From assembly GCF_006345805.1 (NCBI RefSeq), contig NC_043001.1, positions 78,554,001 through 78,618,000 of the forward strand: 64,000 bases of DNA. The letters are read 5' to 3'. Origin of the DNA: Octopus sinensis (taxonomy: Eukaryota). Under the pieces are notes generated by a model. It was not told where the DNA came from. It searched no databases and saw only the letters and a program-made list of their open reading frames with translations. Below, one piece after another: positions 38,791 through 53,189 of the stretch; within the stretch, counting starts at the first letter, position 1, and the number at the start of each line of letters is the position of its first letter. The translations under genes and the position numbers were made by a program.

Positions 38791-39489
38791 CATATATTTA
38801 TGTATGAATAGGTAAATAAGTATACATCAATATATGCAGGTACACACGCGTCACACATCAGCTTATGCACAGACAATGATTCACACACACACGCACACAC
38901 ACGCACACACGCACACATATTTACAGAATCACACAAATTTATGTTTTTCTATATTTGTTTCCTTGTGTCAGTATGTATGCGTATGAAAGTTTGTATACGT
39001 GTGTTTGGATATGTGGCACATACATGTAAGAGAGTATGTGTGTGTGTGTGTGGGTGTGTGTTTGTACGTGTGAGTGCAAGTGTGCCTGAGTGCAGGAGTG
39101 TGTGTGTATGTGTTTGTATTTGTGTGGGTGTGTGTGAGAGAATGTGCTTCTCTATAATACGCCAGTTACAGTTATGACCACAATCTTGAAGATTGATTAC
39201 TGCCAGTCGGTTTCAGGAAATGAAAGTCTTATCAGAAAATTGTTCAATTGCACGGGAATTTACTGGGGCAAAATGTATCAATAATAATAGATGTGACCTT
39301 GGTTCATTCTATCCTAGCATCGCATTACTACCAACGCCATCACTCTCAGCATTACCGCCGCGAAAACCAACACCACTGCCTGCATTGTCTTTATCGCTGG
39401 TGTCTCCGTCGTCATTGCCATGACCAACATCTTTGTCGTCTTCTTCGTCTTATCTCCGCCTGCCGAAAATAAAATCTAAAGCAACATAA

Positions 39490-39630
<141 letters not shown>

Positions 39631-40699
39631 ATTTTGTTTCCTTTATTACTTCTCTATTACAGCATACATATCTTTCTTTTTCACTCTGGCGCCAAGTTCA
39701 GACAGCTATCTACACCCACCCGCATGTGATAGCTTTTCGACGTTTTTTTTTTTTATTTCTCCACTCATTTATTAACCTTACGTTTCTCGAACATAGAACT
39801 TACGCAGTCAAGGTTAAATGCTGGAATGGTTACAGAGCTGGAGCACAACTGGATTATGCATCATAGTTTCAATTTCACAACGGGCGTGTGGTTGTCTCGT
39901 CGTTTCGTTTATTGAGCCCGAGTATCGTTTCTATTCAAGCAAATCAATGACAGCTGGTTTCGATTCGAAGGTAATTTTGCTGCCAAATTTATAAGAATGA
40001 GTTAACGCTTACTAGATTTCATTAACTAGCAGTCTTTTCTTTACATAATTACATATATAGAGCAATTAAATAAATGTCTCAGATGATCTCATCATGAATA
40101 GACGTCAGGTCTTCCACGATCATTACGTGACATTTGACTTGCTTCACATCAAAATGTAGATTTATATTTCTTCTATGTTAACATCTTATAACCGTAGCGG
40201 AGTATCTACAGTTATAAATAGTTCTGTGGTATGCAGAATGCATTTATAATATGACAACTAATATTTCCTCGGTCATTTTCCCCCTCTGTTAATCGTTAAC
40301 GTCCTACAGGTAGTTAGAATAAAACGTTTCCTCTCCTTACATGCAACAATTGTATTTGAAAATATGTTTAGGCGAAAGCCTTTTCGACTTGTTTCAAGAC
40401 TTGCACGCATTAAAGAAAGTTCATGTAGACCCGATTTCTAAAACCTTGCTTTGAAATTATCTTCCACAAACTTTAAATAGCGGGATTTATCGCTGAAAAA
40501 AAAAATGGCTCTTACTGCAATATCTTGAGATATCAGTTTTGTATCTTTACAATAAACACTTTAAATATTTCATTTTCATATTTTTAATATTTCAAATTAT
40601 TTCCCGTATACATTCGGTTATCTTACTTCAAATCATTCCAGATATTATTAAATTCTCCCAAAAACACAATTACTTGTCAATGTTTGAAAGAGTATAAAA

Positions 40700-41600
40700 A
40701 CAAGTAAAACTACATTACATTAGGACTTCTTTCTTTATTACCTGATTAACCAAGCAAGTAACTAACGTGTGCCCTTCCTCGTCAGATATTGTCTACAACT
40801 CTGGAATATTTCTAGTGTTCCAGTTGTTTACACTGTAACCATACTCATAATTGTATTTTTAAGCATATAACTCTAAATAGCTGACGTCTGTGTTTATCGT
40901 ATTACTAAAAAATCTCTTCGTTTAGCAACTTCAGGTAGTAACATTTCCAAACCGGTTTCTTCTCGGCATCAGATAGTATCCATTCGCTTTTATTCACACG
41001 CACCAAATACATCTTCATTTACATTTACGTGCTGTTTCTCAATTTGGAATACTACGTCTCTAACCCACAGGACACTTTCAAATCTGGCTCCCAACTTTTC
41101 CAAGCTGATCCATCCTCTTAACACTTGCAACAATTCTGAACAATGTTTATCGTTAGAAGATAACTGACAGAGTCATCACACTTATTGCTATGGTCCAAAT
41201 CCATTTTGCATTAACCCCTCTCCCATATCTGAAAAATCAGGATTTAAAAAATATTACATATACTTTTGATACTCATTTCTTTCTATGTCAAGCTTTATGC
41301 CCACAATCCATAAAATACGTATTGTTTTCAATCATACGCTATCTTTATAGCAGAAATTTTGAACTAGAATCCGGGTAGCTATGTACTTGCCCGTCACAAC
41401 AACTCGTTTTGAGATAAAATTTTTAACTAATTTTCTAGAACTAGCGCGCACAAGCGACGCATTAATTATCATTCCATGCCCTCTCAATATATTATTTAAT
41501 GAATCCAGCTTGTGCACACCGAAAGCAATCGAAGCTATAACGTGCTTTTCACTCGGTGGTCAATGTGGTTTTAATTTAGAAAGATATCCTAAAGAAATGT
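40700..41600 (-). mobile_element. Highly decayed RTE-like LINE RT remnant
   Basis: Weak minus-strand traces (AYD, DDSV, GARFESVL) in RT order, with many stops. Confidence 0.3.
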
Positions 41601-42028
41601 AAGGCAGCTCTTCATTAGTTCCTTTCTTCCATTTTATCATATATTTCTCTGTTCCCAGTACATTACCAAATCCAGCTTTCTTTTCATTATATTATTATGC
41701 TAGATTAATCTCGATCACGGGTTGTTTGCTAATGCTACATTAGCTGAGCTTATTCAAGTAGATATTTTCCATATTTTTAAACATTTCCCACTTCTGTCAC
41801 GGAACATGCAGTCTAGGAATGTATGTATATATTATTCAGGTAATATCTACAGCCAATATTCAATAATATTTTATTTTGCAACCTTCTAAGGACTAAATTT
41901 ATTTAACTCCAGCTTTATACTCTGAGATTACACTTCAGGCGAGCACTTGTTTCTCTTTTAAACGTGTTTCTCTTGTTAGTTTAGCAGTTTTCTTCATATA
42001 ACTGAGACAACGACGACTAATTCTTTGG

Positions 42029-42269
42029 CATGTTTCCACAACTAAAACAGTTCACCACCATCAATTCATCGCAGGAGAGTCCATTGCCATCAATTCACCG
42101 TGAAGAAAGTGTTTAAAAATAAGTTTTTTTTAATTAACCCACTGTGAACTTATCTCACCATAAAACTACCTCGCTGCGAACTATTTTTACGCTGAACTTA
42201 CCCTGCGGTGAACTGGTGACGGTGAACTTTTCCTGCGGTGCATGGATGACGGTGAACTTACCGGACATG
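42029..42269. mobile_element. MITE-like element with subterminal repeats in inverted orientation
   Basis: Left half has (a/g)ttca(c/t)c repeats, right half has ggtgaact repeats. Ends catgtttcc ... ccggacatg. Confidence 0.55.
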
Positions 42270-43094
42270 GAAAAAGTTCGCTTTGCAAACGTATAGCCCC
42301 AAATATATGTATAATCTTACAGCTGGGCATCTTTGGCAAGTGGTTTCTATCATATACTTATTGAAACCAAGCATCGGGAGTAGAATCAAGTAGATTAAAA
42401 TAGTGGGGAAAACCGCTGAATGCACTGGGCCTGCTCGCGGATAGTAGAATTAATCTCTCACATCACCATTTGTAAAACCTTTACATCTGCGGGGATATCA
42501 TAAGCATTTCCCACACTTTAGTGAGTTTTCAGACTAAGAGTCCAATGTGAAAATACTTCACTCTTGAACTGCGATCCTTTCTACTACAGTAATCTACTAC
42601 AGTAATCCACAAGTTATGGCTACCTCACTTCCTACAACATGTTTCAGACACACTGCAAAAGCTATGGCCGCTACTCTTCGTCTTCTGTCTAAATCATAAA
42701 ACCCTACTGATTTTCAGCTATAATTCTTTTGTCTCTGCTTTTATTTCCTTTTCATTTGTCTTTGCTTATTTTATCATTTTATTGGACGGTGAATCCATTT
42801 CGGCAGTTTATTTATGGCCACTTTGTTTCCTCTATGCTATGTTTCATTGCATAAGCATGGACAAACCAAACGAATCAATAGAATTAAAACAAACATAAAT
42901 ATCCAACAAGTTGGAGATTCGTTTTCTGTCAAACTCACTGCTTTATAATCATAGCCAATATCCTTAGTACTCATAAAACCGTGTCTATTTAACTGTAAAG
43001 CGAGTTATATGAGAAACAAGTATTTGGTTACCACCTTGTGTGTTCACATATACATACTTCAATAGACACACTTATATACATGCATACGTATATG

Positions 43095-43149
<55 letters not shown>

Positions 43150-44639
43150 ATGCATGTATATATACATATATGCATACACATATAATATATATGTGTGTAT
43201 GTCTTTGTGTACTGTGTGTGTGTGTACAATTCACATTCTCACTGTATAGTCACCTAGCTTGTAAGTAGATACATCTTGTCACTAACGTTCTCATTCTCTT
43301 CAATTGTATTTCCTGCATCGAGGCAAAATATGTTGATATAATTAATATTGTTAACGAGAGTAGCAGCCTAACCTGTAACTTGGTATTGCATGGTAGTACA
43401 CTATTTTGTTGTTATTGTGCTTGCTTTTTTATGTTGTTATTGCTGTTGTTGTTGACATTTAGCCTTCAGTCATCGCTTATCGAACAGAATTATGATCAAC
43501 GTCATTCAAACAGTGACCTTGGCTGGATAAAATCCCGCGAAGAAGCTAATGTAAGCAGTTATAGTGGCAATATATTTATTCTGAAAACAATTATGGCGAA
43601 CTGCTTTGCAGTTACTTAAGAAATACACCGGTTGTGGGCTTTCTTGAGTCGGCAACATTGATTGAAATTGCCGATTCGCAAATTCCATTCACGATTCAAT
43701 CACGACATTTCGGTAAGCCTAAATGACGGAATCAACACTCCAATAGACATTCATTCCGACATATGAATTGCATTTGGCGTTAGAATCAACTTCATACACG
43801 CATCACTGCTTACTTCTTCTATACTTCTAGAAACTTCTATGTTGTAGTACAGTATTGTGATTTATAGAGGAAGATAGATGTTTTATTGTGTTACGAGTTT
43901 TATATTCTCTAAGTGATCAACATTGGTCGCCTTTTGCTGATAAACAACCTCGTGACATATCGGTTGTAACAACAGTCGGTGTATACAAAGTGCAGTTACG
44001 TCAAGAATCACATGATAACAACATATCCGCAGTTGGCTGAATTGCTCCGTTCTTTAAGATCTTCATTCCTATCGTAAATGTTATTATAAGATTTCAGTTT
44101 ACTTAATGTCGCGTTCGCATTTCTTTGGATCTATAAACTTTTGCATGTGTTCGTTTTTGGACCTCTAAATGTAATACGGCTTTTTTAATTCCAACGACTT
44201 TTGTCGTATCATCAGATCACTCGCTCTATGTTTGGGTAGCTATAATTTACCAGCGTCGACCTGGTACATGTGGGGCGGCAGTGACACAGTCGTTATCGCT
44301 CGCCAGCGAAGAACCTTGAAAGAAAATACTGTGAGCCTCCCAAATTTTTTCCGTGTTAACGCCATCGTAGTATACATTTTGATATTGCTATTCGTATCTT
44401 TGACATAACGCCATGCAATTGCGCATGGATGTTACTCTTCATTTCTATCCGATTCATATTTGATAGTTAACCCCCAAAATCCCACTTCCTCTAAATTAAC
44501 GTACCATTATTAGAACTGAAGTCCTTACGGTTGAATTGCAAAATATTTGTGAATCCTAGAAACTGTCCCCGCTCCCACTACGTAAAAAGATTTAACTATA
44601 TATGTTAGTAGAATGGTCAACAGTTTAGAGTAAGCACTT

Positions 44640-44950
44640 GTGTGCTGCGACCGCTACTGTACTCCATCTCTGAAAGCATCATTTGGTGTCACAACAAGAT
44701 GTGAGAAGCTCTGTAGATGTTTCAACATCTTTGACTTCGAGGCCAGAGCTGTCTGGGTCACCAATCGATGACACCGACAAAACGTCCCCCACAACAGTAC
44801 TGAGTTTTATTGAATAAGAGGCTGCGTCTCTGTGTTGGATGTTTCTATCATCCTTAATGCTCGCTCATGCTGTACCACTCGTCGTCTCTCTTGAGCCAGA
44901 TTTCGCCCATTTGGGTTTGCTTTCTCAGCAGCTTCCGATAATTTTCTAAC
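44640..44950 (+). mobile_element. Decayed RTE-like LINE RT C-terminal remnant
   Basis: VLRPLLYSISES...MFQHL*LR...RLRL resembles LLYGCETW...FxHRCLR...RLRW. Confidence 0.4.
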
Positions 44951-45624
44951 AAAAACGTTTCTATCATTGGCAGCTAGTCGAAGCCTTTTAAGCAACAAGT
45001 AAATCCTGGTTCAAACAAATCCTCTAACACATAGTTCTAAAGAAAGGCGTACTGAATTCTAACCAACGTTTTCTCAGGGAAGAAAGAAAAAAGACCCGAG
45101 GAATTGATAATACAATTCCTATTAGGACAAGTCAAATTTATAAAGTGGGTTTATAATTCTTCCCGATATTTAGGGTAAGAAAACATTTATGTCATTCATG
45201 TGTACTTTGTGAGTGAAATGTATTTGTGAGTTAATAGTGAAGTGGGGGAAAATTTCTAACCATTAAATTTCCCGTTGTTTTCATAATACATCGCATTTAT
45301 TGAACTTAGATATTACGGTATGTTTTTATTCTTTATTTTGCGCTAATTTCAAGCACTGGACTACAGCCATATAGAAGGGTTCCGCCTTGGTGTATTTTAG
45401 TTGAACAAATCCACACCGCTACTTAATTTTAATCTGGTACCTATTTTGGGGCTCCTCTGCCGCTAAGTTGCGCGAGCATGACAAATGAAGACTGGTTTTC
45501 AAGGGTCGGTGGGGGTCAGACACACAGACAAAGGCATATGCCCATACGTATATGTATATATATATATATATATGTGTGTGTATGTGCCTGTGTGTGTATG
45601 CGTATATATATACATATATATATA

Positions 45625-45821
45625 GGGAGAGTTTACGAAAAAAACAAAAAACCAAGACAGCTGGTGTACAAAACAAACAGATGTACTAGTATAATGCTCA
45701 GGAATAGAAAGTCTTTTATGTTTCGAGCCTACGCTCTTCTACAGAAAGGGACACAGAAAAAACAAACAAGGAGAGAAACAAGGAGAGAAAAAATGTGTGT
45801 AGTGGCTAACGACCTATCATG
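45625..45821 (-). mobile_element. Short hammerhead-bearing cassette (Penelope-like pseudo-LTR fragment) in a (TA)n tract
   Basis: Non-SINE block bounded by TA/TG repeats and containing a minimal hammerhead layout. Class is inference. Confidence 0.55.
45713..45748 (-). ncRNA. Minimal hammerhead-like motif (A6U core, stem III reduced)
   Basis: CUUU-CUGUAGA-A-GAGC(GUAG)GCUC-GAAA-CA-UA-AAAG. Confidence 0.55.
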
Positions 45822-46109
45822 TATATATGTGTGTGTGCTGTACTCCGTTTACGGATGCAGGATTTGATGTCTCAACAGGAGATGAGCAACTCTGTAACTG
45901 TTTCGGCCGCTTTCACTTCGACACCAATTTCACTTCAAACACATTGGTAAGCCCTAGGCTTATAGTTGAAGGCACTTCCCCGAAGTGCTGTCGCACAATG
46001 AGACTGAACCCAAAACTATGTGGTTGCAAGGAAACCTCTTAACCTAAACACTTGCCTACACCTATTCTATGAAATCTTCGGCGAATACATCCTTGTCTGT
46101 GATATTTCC

Positions 46110-46440
46110 GTATCAGACAGAGATAGGCTATTAGTTTAAATGAAACGTTGTTATTATATGAGACAATGAGTAAATACGGGGTATTACAAATTGCAATGGT
46201 CTCATTGCTGCTCAAGACAGACTTTACGACTTCACTCAAGATCCAAGATTCCTCTTTAAGAGACTACATTTCATTTTAAACACCTGATGTAAGCTTCTTA
46301 AAAAGTCATAAAGATACACTGCCGGATTTGCAACGATGTAGCTATCGCTCTGTTTATGCCATATCACTCCATAATCAACTTTTTCGATAGTGCTTCACAA
46401 TGACGAGAAATACTTCATCGTTTAAATGTTGAGCAACTGC
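46110..46440 (-). mobile_element. CR1-like LINE RT remnant
   Basis: KVDYGVIWHK...LYDFLR resembles FDKVDHG...HKL...WLxDFL. Confidence 0.45.
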
Positions 46441-46593
46441 TCTAATAGCCAGCATAATACGATATAAGCTATGTGAGGCATCTTCTCGGGTCACACATAC
46501 ACAATATAATGAACACACATACACGTACACACACACATAATATCAACTCACATATACATACACACATATATGCTGATATACATTCATAAAAAC

Positions 46594-46630
<37 letters not shown>

Positions 46631-47322
46631 TATATTCCTACACATATATATATCTGTATATCTGCTGATAATGGATTGTTTCATTTCTCGAATAAATGAT
46701 GTATATGATTATGTAGGTGAAGTTATGTACACACGTGAAGGTAAATGTGTTGCGCTATGCAATTCTATAGTTCTTAAATAATATATATTTATCTACCTAT
46801 GCACAGTTATCGATATACGTTTATTAATTGGCTCTACAGGCTTATACTTACATATTTATTTCATATACACACACATGCACAAGCAGAAGCATACACCGCA
46901 AACACAAAGACAAGTACGAATACGCACACGTTTATAGATGTACGTATGTGTATGTGTAATCATATGTTTATTTGTGTATGTGTGTAGTTATATAATTATA
47001 AGCGATTCTGTATACGCATGTACGTCTGCTTGTATGTATACAGAAATAGACAGAGATCGAAAACGAGAGATATAATTATGTATTCGAACATGCATACAAT
47101 CTATTGATCATAATATTCTACGCCCACCGTTTACTTCCTAATTATTATAATCACAATCATCACCCTCATCAGCATCATCACCGAGACCATTAGCGGATAT
47201 ACAAAACTATAATATATATATATATTTATACATACATGCATACATGCATGTATACCTATACACACACACACATATATACAATTATATATATGTATGTATG
47301 TAAAGATACATAAAGATGTATA

Positions 47323-47361
<39 letters not shown>

Positions 47362-47376
47362 ACATATATATATATG

Positions 47377-47462
<86 letters not shown>

Positions 47463-47789
47463 CACAGTATCATTAAACACCCATTAACATAGAAATTGAA
47501 AATTCTGAGAAAGATTTCTAGCTTCCACGTATTTCGAAATGTCAGGGCAAAATGAAAAACCTCCATCGAAGCAAAAACAACAATACCTACAACAAACAGA
47601 CCAACAAATATTATACACAAGGTATAAAAGAAGATCATTGATTGGCTAACGAGACCGTATCTTCGTATTATACATAATAATATACGTTTCTGAATCGATG
47701 AAATTAATAAAAATGGATCTTCGTCAGTTTCGACTATGATTATTCACGTTTACCAAAACATCGTATTCTTAGACGCTTATAATTATAAG

Positions 47790-48190
47790 CACAGGCGTGG
47801 CTGTGCTGTAAAATGTTTGCGTCCCAAACACGTGGTTGCGGGTTCAGTCCCACTGCGTGGCACTTTGGGCACGTACCTTCTACTATACACTTGAGCCGAC
47901 CAAAGCCCTGTGAGTGACAAAAACTGAAAGAAGTCCGTCGTATGTATATGCGATAGTGTACTGAAAAGTTCCTTGCTTTAAAGAATATATTGTATAATAC
48001 CATGATTAATTTATCATATTGTACTTTTTGTGCACGCGCGCTTGAAAACTGGTGCTGGTTTGTTTACGTATCTGTAACTTATCAGTTCGGTAAAAAGAAA
48101 CTGATGTACCAGGCTTAAGGAAGAAAAGTCCTGCGTCGATTAATTTGACTAAGATTCTTCATGGCTGTGCCCCACAGTGGCCGCAGATTC
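47790..48190 (+). mobile_element. SINE family A, interrupted copy
   Basis: 5' half acaggcgtggctgtgc...cagtcccactgcgtggcac, 3' half ctggtgctggtttgtttacg...gtggccgcag. Confidence 0.8.
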
Positions 48191-48723
48191 GTACTTTAGA
48201 TGTGTTTGAGTATTCTGGGGCTATGTGATCTGTTATCGTACTTATTAACAAAGACAGCGCGACAGTGAGTGTTTGTGGTAAAGGGTAACGCTTTGAATAA
48301 CAAGTTCAGTATAGCCAATGGCTATTCTCAGTTTTACGTCAGTTCTATTTCACTTACAAACATGGGCTGGCCCTTAGCTGTGCTAAGCTGTACTTGCCAA
48401 AGAAGCAGCAAGTTGGAATCGAACCTGTGGATCGGGATAACGAAGCAAGCATCCTTAAAGCTCCGGCATGACTACGTGTGCTTTTTATACATACTCGCAT
48501 ACGTGCACAATTACACGCTCTCTCTTTCGCCGTTTCTCTGTCATACACAGAGGCTTGTATACGCATATGTGTAATATATACATATGTGCGTGCGTTAAAT
48601 GTATACGTGTATATGTATAGAATACATCAGTTGATGTAAATAATATGTATAAGATGTCCATATGTTTATATATATATGTGTGTGTGTATGTGCGTTTGTG
48701 TATACATATATATTCATATATAT

Positions 48724-48757
<34 letters not shown>

Positions 48758-48837
48758 CATACATTGATACGTATATTTATTCTGTGTATGTATATTTTGT
48801 ATGTGATATATTTTAATGATTATAAAATCATACACAT

Positions 48838-48872
<35 letters not shown>

Positions 48873-48898
48873 CTTACACACGCACATACACATACACT

Positions 48899-48958
<60 letters not shown>

Positions 48959-49684
48959 TATACAGACATGTACATATTTATATGGATACTTAAATCCCAT
49001 AATGCGTGTCGATACATGTGCATACATACGTTCTTCCATAGACAAGCATCGAAAAAAAAATTATAAAATGAAATATAACCTGTACATCCCCCCCCCAAAA
49101 AAAAACAAAAAAAAAACAAAAAAGCAAACAAATGGAACAAATCAAAGAACAAAAACCCAAACTAATGAAAACAAAAATCAAATCGAAAAAACAAAATCAC
49201 TAGTCCTACTCGTTGCGATACTCATCTATGATATACCTATATATAAACATAGAGTGAACGCTGGAAAACATTTAGCTTGAGATTTTAATGTTAAATTCAT
49301 CCGCAATTACATACTTTGCGTATGCATCTCTATTTGATTTAACATTCTTTTTCTTTTTCTATTTATCTATCTTACATTTCTGTCATTTATTATATACCTT
49401 GATATATTTATTTTACTATTTCATCATTTGTTATCTTACGTTTATCATTTACCCATTATCTCTAAAATCGCCATCTTTCATTCATTTACATCTCTCATAT
49501 CATCAAACTTTCTACGCCCCATCGATCTGTTTCATTTTGTAAAAGATCAAAGATAAATCTTTAAATCACTGTATTTTTGTTGGTAGTCAGTAAAGAGTGG
49601 TGGGTGTATAAAATGCTGGTGGAATAATATCTTCATGTATACCCACCAACCTACCGATCTAGATAAGAAAATATATTTATATTT

Positions 49685-49698
49685 CATTATTATTATTA

Positions 49699-49770
<72 letters not shown>
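49685..49770. repeat. (TTA)n microsatellite
   Basis: Seen directly. Confidence 0.97.
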
Positions 49771-50173
49771 CATTTATATATATATATATTTATTGTTTTT
49801 TGTAAATTTCAAGTTTTAAATGTTATTCCTGTTGGGTGTGTATGTTTTTTTTAAAGAATATATATTCATATTTACTTACTGATTTATCACTGCACTCATA
49901 CACTCTCATCCTCACACACTTATATACACATGCACATGTACACACTGACGCATAAACGAAAGTACAATGACGTATGCGAGTGTGTATATATGTGTTTTTG
50001 TTTTCAAAGTATGAATTCATATATATATACATTCAGTCACATATGAATGCATATGTCTATAGTTTTTGTGTGCCTGTGTGTGGTGTGTGAGTCTTTCTTT
50101 GGTCTGTATATATATCTGTATCAAACTTAATATTTTTAAACGAGTTTATGATCACACACATATGTATGTTTAC

Positions 50174-50214
<41 letters not shown>

Positions 50215-50879
50215 GATGTGTAGCCACATATGTGGCTGCATGTGTGTGTACTTATGAGGGTATTTCTCTGTGTGTGCATGTATACATGAGCGTGCTTATG
50301 CACTCATGTATACTTAGATTCAGTGTTTCTTTTCGTTCGCCGAAAGGGAATATGTAACGAATGTTATGCAATTCCAATATTGAAAAAGACAAACATTATA
50401 ATTCTTACAACAGATATAATATTTGAATTCTTTTTTACTTGCCACCAAACAGCTTATTCGTCAAAACTTACTCAACATAATTGATTGAAGTGATATTTAG
50501 GAAGAGCTATGAGCAAACGCAAGACATCATTTTTTTAAAAATTACTTTGGAAAATACTAGTAATTCTACATATTAATTCGAGTATATAGTAAATGGTTAT
50601 ATATTTTTTAAGTATTAATACTAAGGTAGATTAAAAGCAGCACATAAGTTTCGTAAGTTAAATATTCCTAGCGTGTTCTCTGTACATAATAGAATAAATG
50701 AATATGTTTCCATAGAGTTAGTTCAATCAACTGAACTTTACCCCTATACTTTATCTCATAGGGTAAAAAAATCTTTATTAGGGACTGAAGTATTGGTTCA
50801 GAATAGAATTCTGTATTCTTTACTAAACGTGAATATCCTAAAAGCAAGCGTAATAGAATTTATGCTTTCAGTATTCTTA

Positions 50880-51240
50880 TTTCTTTATTGCCCACAAGGG
50901 ACTAAACATAGAGTGGACAAAAAAGGACAGACAGAGGGATTAAGTCGATTACATCGACTCCAGTGCGTAACTGGTACTTATTTTATCGACCCTGAAAGGA
51001 TGAAAGGCAAAGTCGACCACGGAGGAATATGAACTCAGAACGTAAACACAGAAAAAACACCGCTAAGTATTTTTTGCTCGGCGTGCCACCTCGCGCTTTC
51101 TGTAATATTTTTTCTACTACAGGTACAAGGCCTAGGATTCGTGGGGAGCGGGATAGTCGATCACATTGACTCCTGTACTTAACTGGTACTTAATTATCGA
51201 TCCCGAAAGGATGCAAAGCAAAGTTGACCTCGGCAGAAAT
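50880..51240 (-). mobile_element. Two adjacent SINE family B monomers with different tails
   Basis: ctggtactta..tatcga.cc.gaaaggatg occurs at ~50970 and ~51180, with the tails matching the two tails of 15995-16390. Confidence 0.85.
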
Positions 51241-51924
51241 TCTGTAATGTGCTTTATTATACTTTATCGTATATATATATAATCAAGTTCTTATTTCTAT
51301 GTAATTTGATGGCATTTAAACGCAGAAAAATGTCTCAAAATACTAACTGTAAATTCTCAAAAATATTTATCCAGAGTATGCGCTGGAGAAATTGGCGTGT
51401 GACTATTATGCCTGTGTGTCTTTTATGCCACCAAATGCGCTAACTAAAAAAACCTTTAGCTTGTTTCAGTTTCGTTTGTAGAATATCTTCCGCCTCTCCT
51501 TTCGTCTTTATATGAATTTTTTGTCCCAACACACATATCTTTGTGAAACTTAGGTTTAAGTTTTATTGTATCTTATTGTACCTCGTTAAGCTCTTATCTC
51601 TTATAAATAAAAGAAAATATTCTTATTAATCTATCACATGCCACAGAATAGTACAAACAGATATCCGTGTATCATAGTGGGGGAAAGAGATTTGACATCG
51701 GTATTCGTACGTAGATATGTTTTTATGGACGTGCGGTGTTTAAAAACACGTTATGTATCGGACACAAACAAGAACCGTTCCAGTAAGGGTTTGTGAGGAT
51801 GCTGCACACGCCTTTCCGCTTTGTTATGTGCTGTCAGTAACATGAGCACTCAGCTAACCGCATGCCAACAATGAAATCTGTAACCACCGATATAGGCAAA
51901 TAGTGAAAGCTATCATCACCCACA

Positions 51925-51953
51925 TCGTCGTCGTCGTCATCATCATCATCATC

Positions 51954-52009
<56 letters not shown>

Positions 52010-52123
52010 CATCATCATCATATTAAAATCATTATCGTCGTCATCACCATCATCGTCGTCGTCATCATCATCATCATCATCATCATCATCTTCATATCAA
52101 AATCATTATCGTCGTCGTCGTCG

Positions 52124-52154
<31 letters not shown>

Positions 52155-52358
52155 ATCAAAATCATTATCGTCGTCATCATCATCATCATCAACATCATTA
52201 TCAAAATCATCACCGTCCTCGTCGTCATCACCATCACCGTCGCCGTTGTCATCGTCATCATCATCGTCATCATCATCATCATCAAAATCATCATCGTCGT
52301 CGTCGTCATTACCCTCATCGTCCTCGTTGTCATCATCTTCATAATCATCATCATCATC

Positions 52359-52392
<34 letters not shown>

Positions 52393-52495
52393 TCATCAAC
52401 AACATCATGATGGTCCTCGTCGTCATCACCGTCATCGTTGTCGTTGTAATCATCATCATCGTCGTCGTCGACGACATTGTCATCCCCATCGCCAT
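51925..52495. repeat. Degenerate (CAT)n microsatellite
   Basis: Seen directly. Confidence 0.95.
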
Positions 52496-52746
52496 GAAGC
52501 TCATCAAACACCACTCATTTTGAATGACTTAACTCGCTCTTCCTGCAATATTTCCCTCTTACCTGCAAATGTGAAATATGCCACACAATATTGACATCTG
52601 GAACTAGCTGGACGGGAACCATTGACGGATTGGTTGGCTATTGACATGGTCCAAAAGGCTTCATATGATATGAACCATTGAACACTAAACCATCCATCAA
52701 CCACGCAGAATCAGTTTTCTAAGTCAACATTACATAATAGAGTAGC

Positions 52747-53067
52747 ACTCCGTCGCTTGCGGCGACGAGGGTCCCAGCTGATACGATCAACGGAACAGCT
52801 TGCACGTAAAATTAACATGCAAGTGACTGAGCACTCCACAAACACGCGTGCCCTTAACGTAGTTCTTGGGGATATTCAGCGTGGCACAGTGTGTGACAAA
52901 GCTGGCCCTTTGAAATACAGGTACTACTCATTTTTGCCAGCTGAGTGGATTGGAGCAACGTGAAATAAAGTGACTTGCTCAAAGACTTAACGCGCCGCCG
53001 GGAATTGAACGCACGACCCTACGATCATGAACCGAATGCCCCTAACCATTAAGCCACGCGCCTTCAC
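52747..53067 (-). mobile_element. SINE family C, full-length
   Basis: Colinear and highly similar to 20769-21090. Confidence 0.9.
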
Positions 53068-53189
53068 ACAATACATAATACTAACGTGACAACAAATGTA
53101 TTTGCTACGAACATGACAATTATAACTACTAGCAAAATTGCATTGGCAGCAAGGGTAGAAGGTGTTGACGAAGATAATGTTCCTATGAT

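Larger units (their letters stand above)
45335..46045 (-). mobile_element. SINE family A split by an insertion in its internal microsatellite
   Basis: 3' half at ~45335-45540, 5' half at ~45900-46045, with an unrelated cassette at 45625-45821 between them. Confidence 0.7.

Noticed and set aside
44807-44998. Protein-like 63-aa minus-strand ORF
   Set aside because: Better explained as the antisense of a decayed RTE-like RT on the plus strand.
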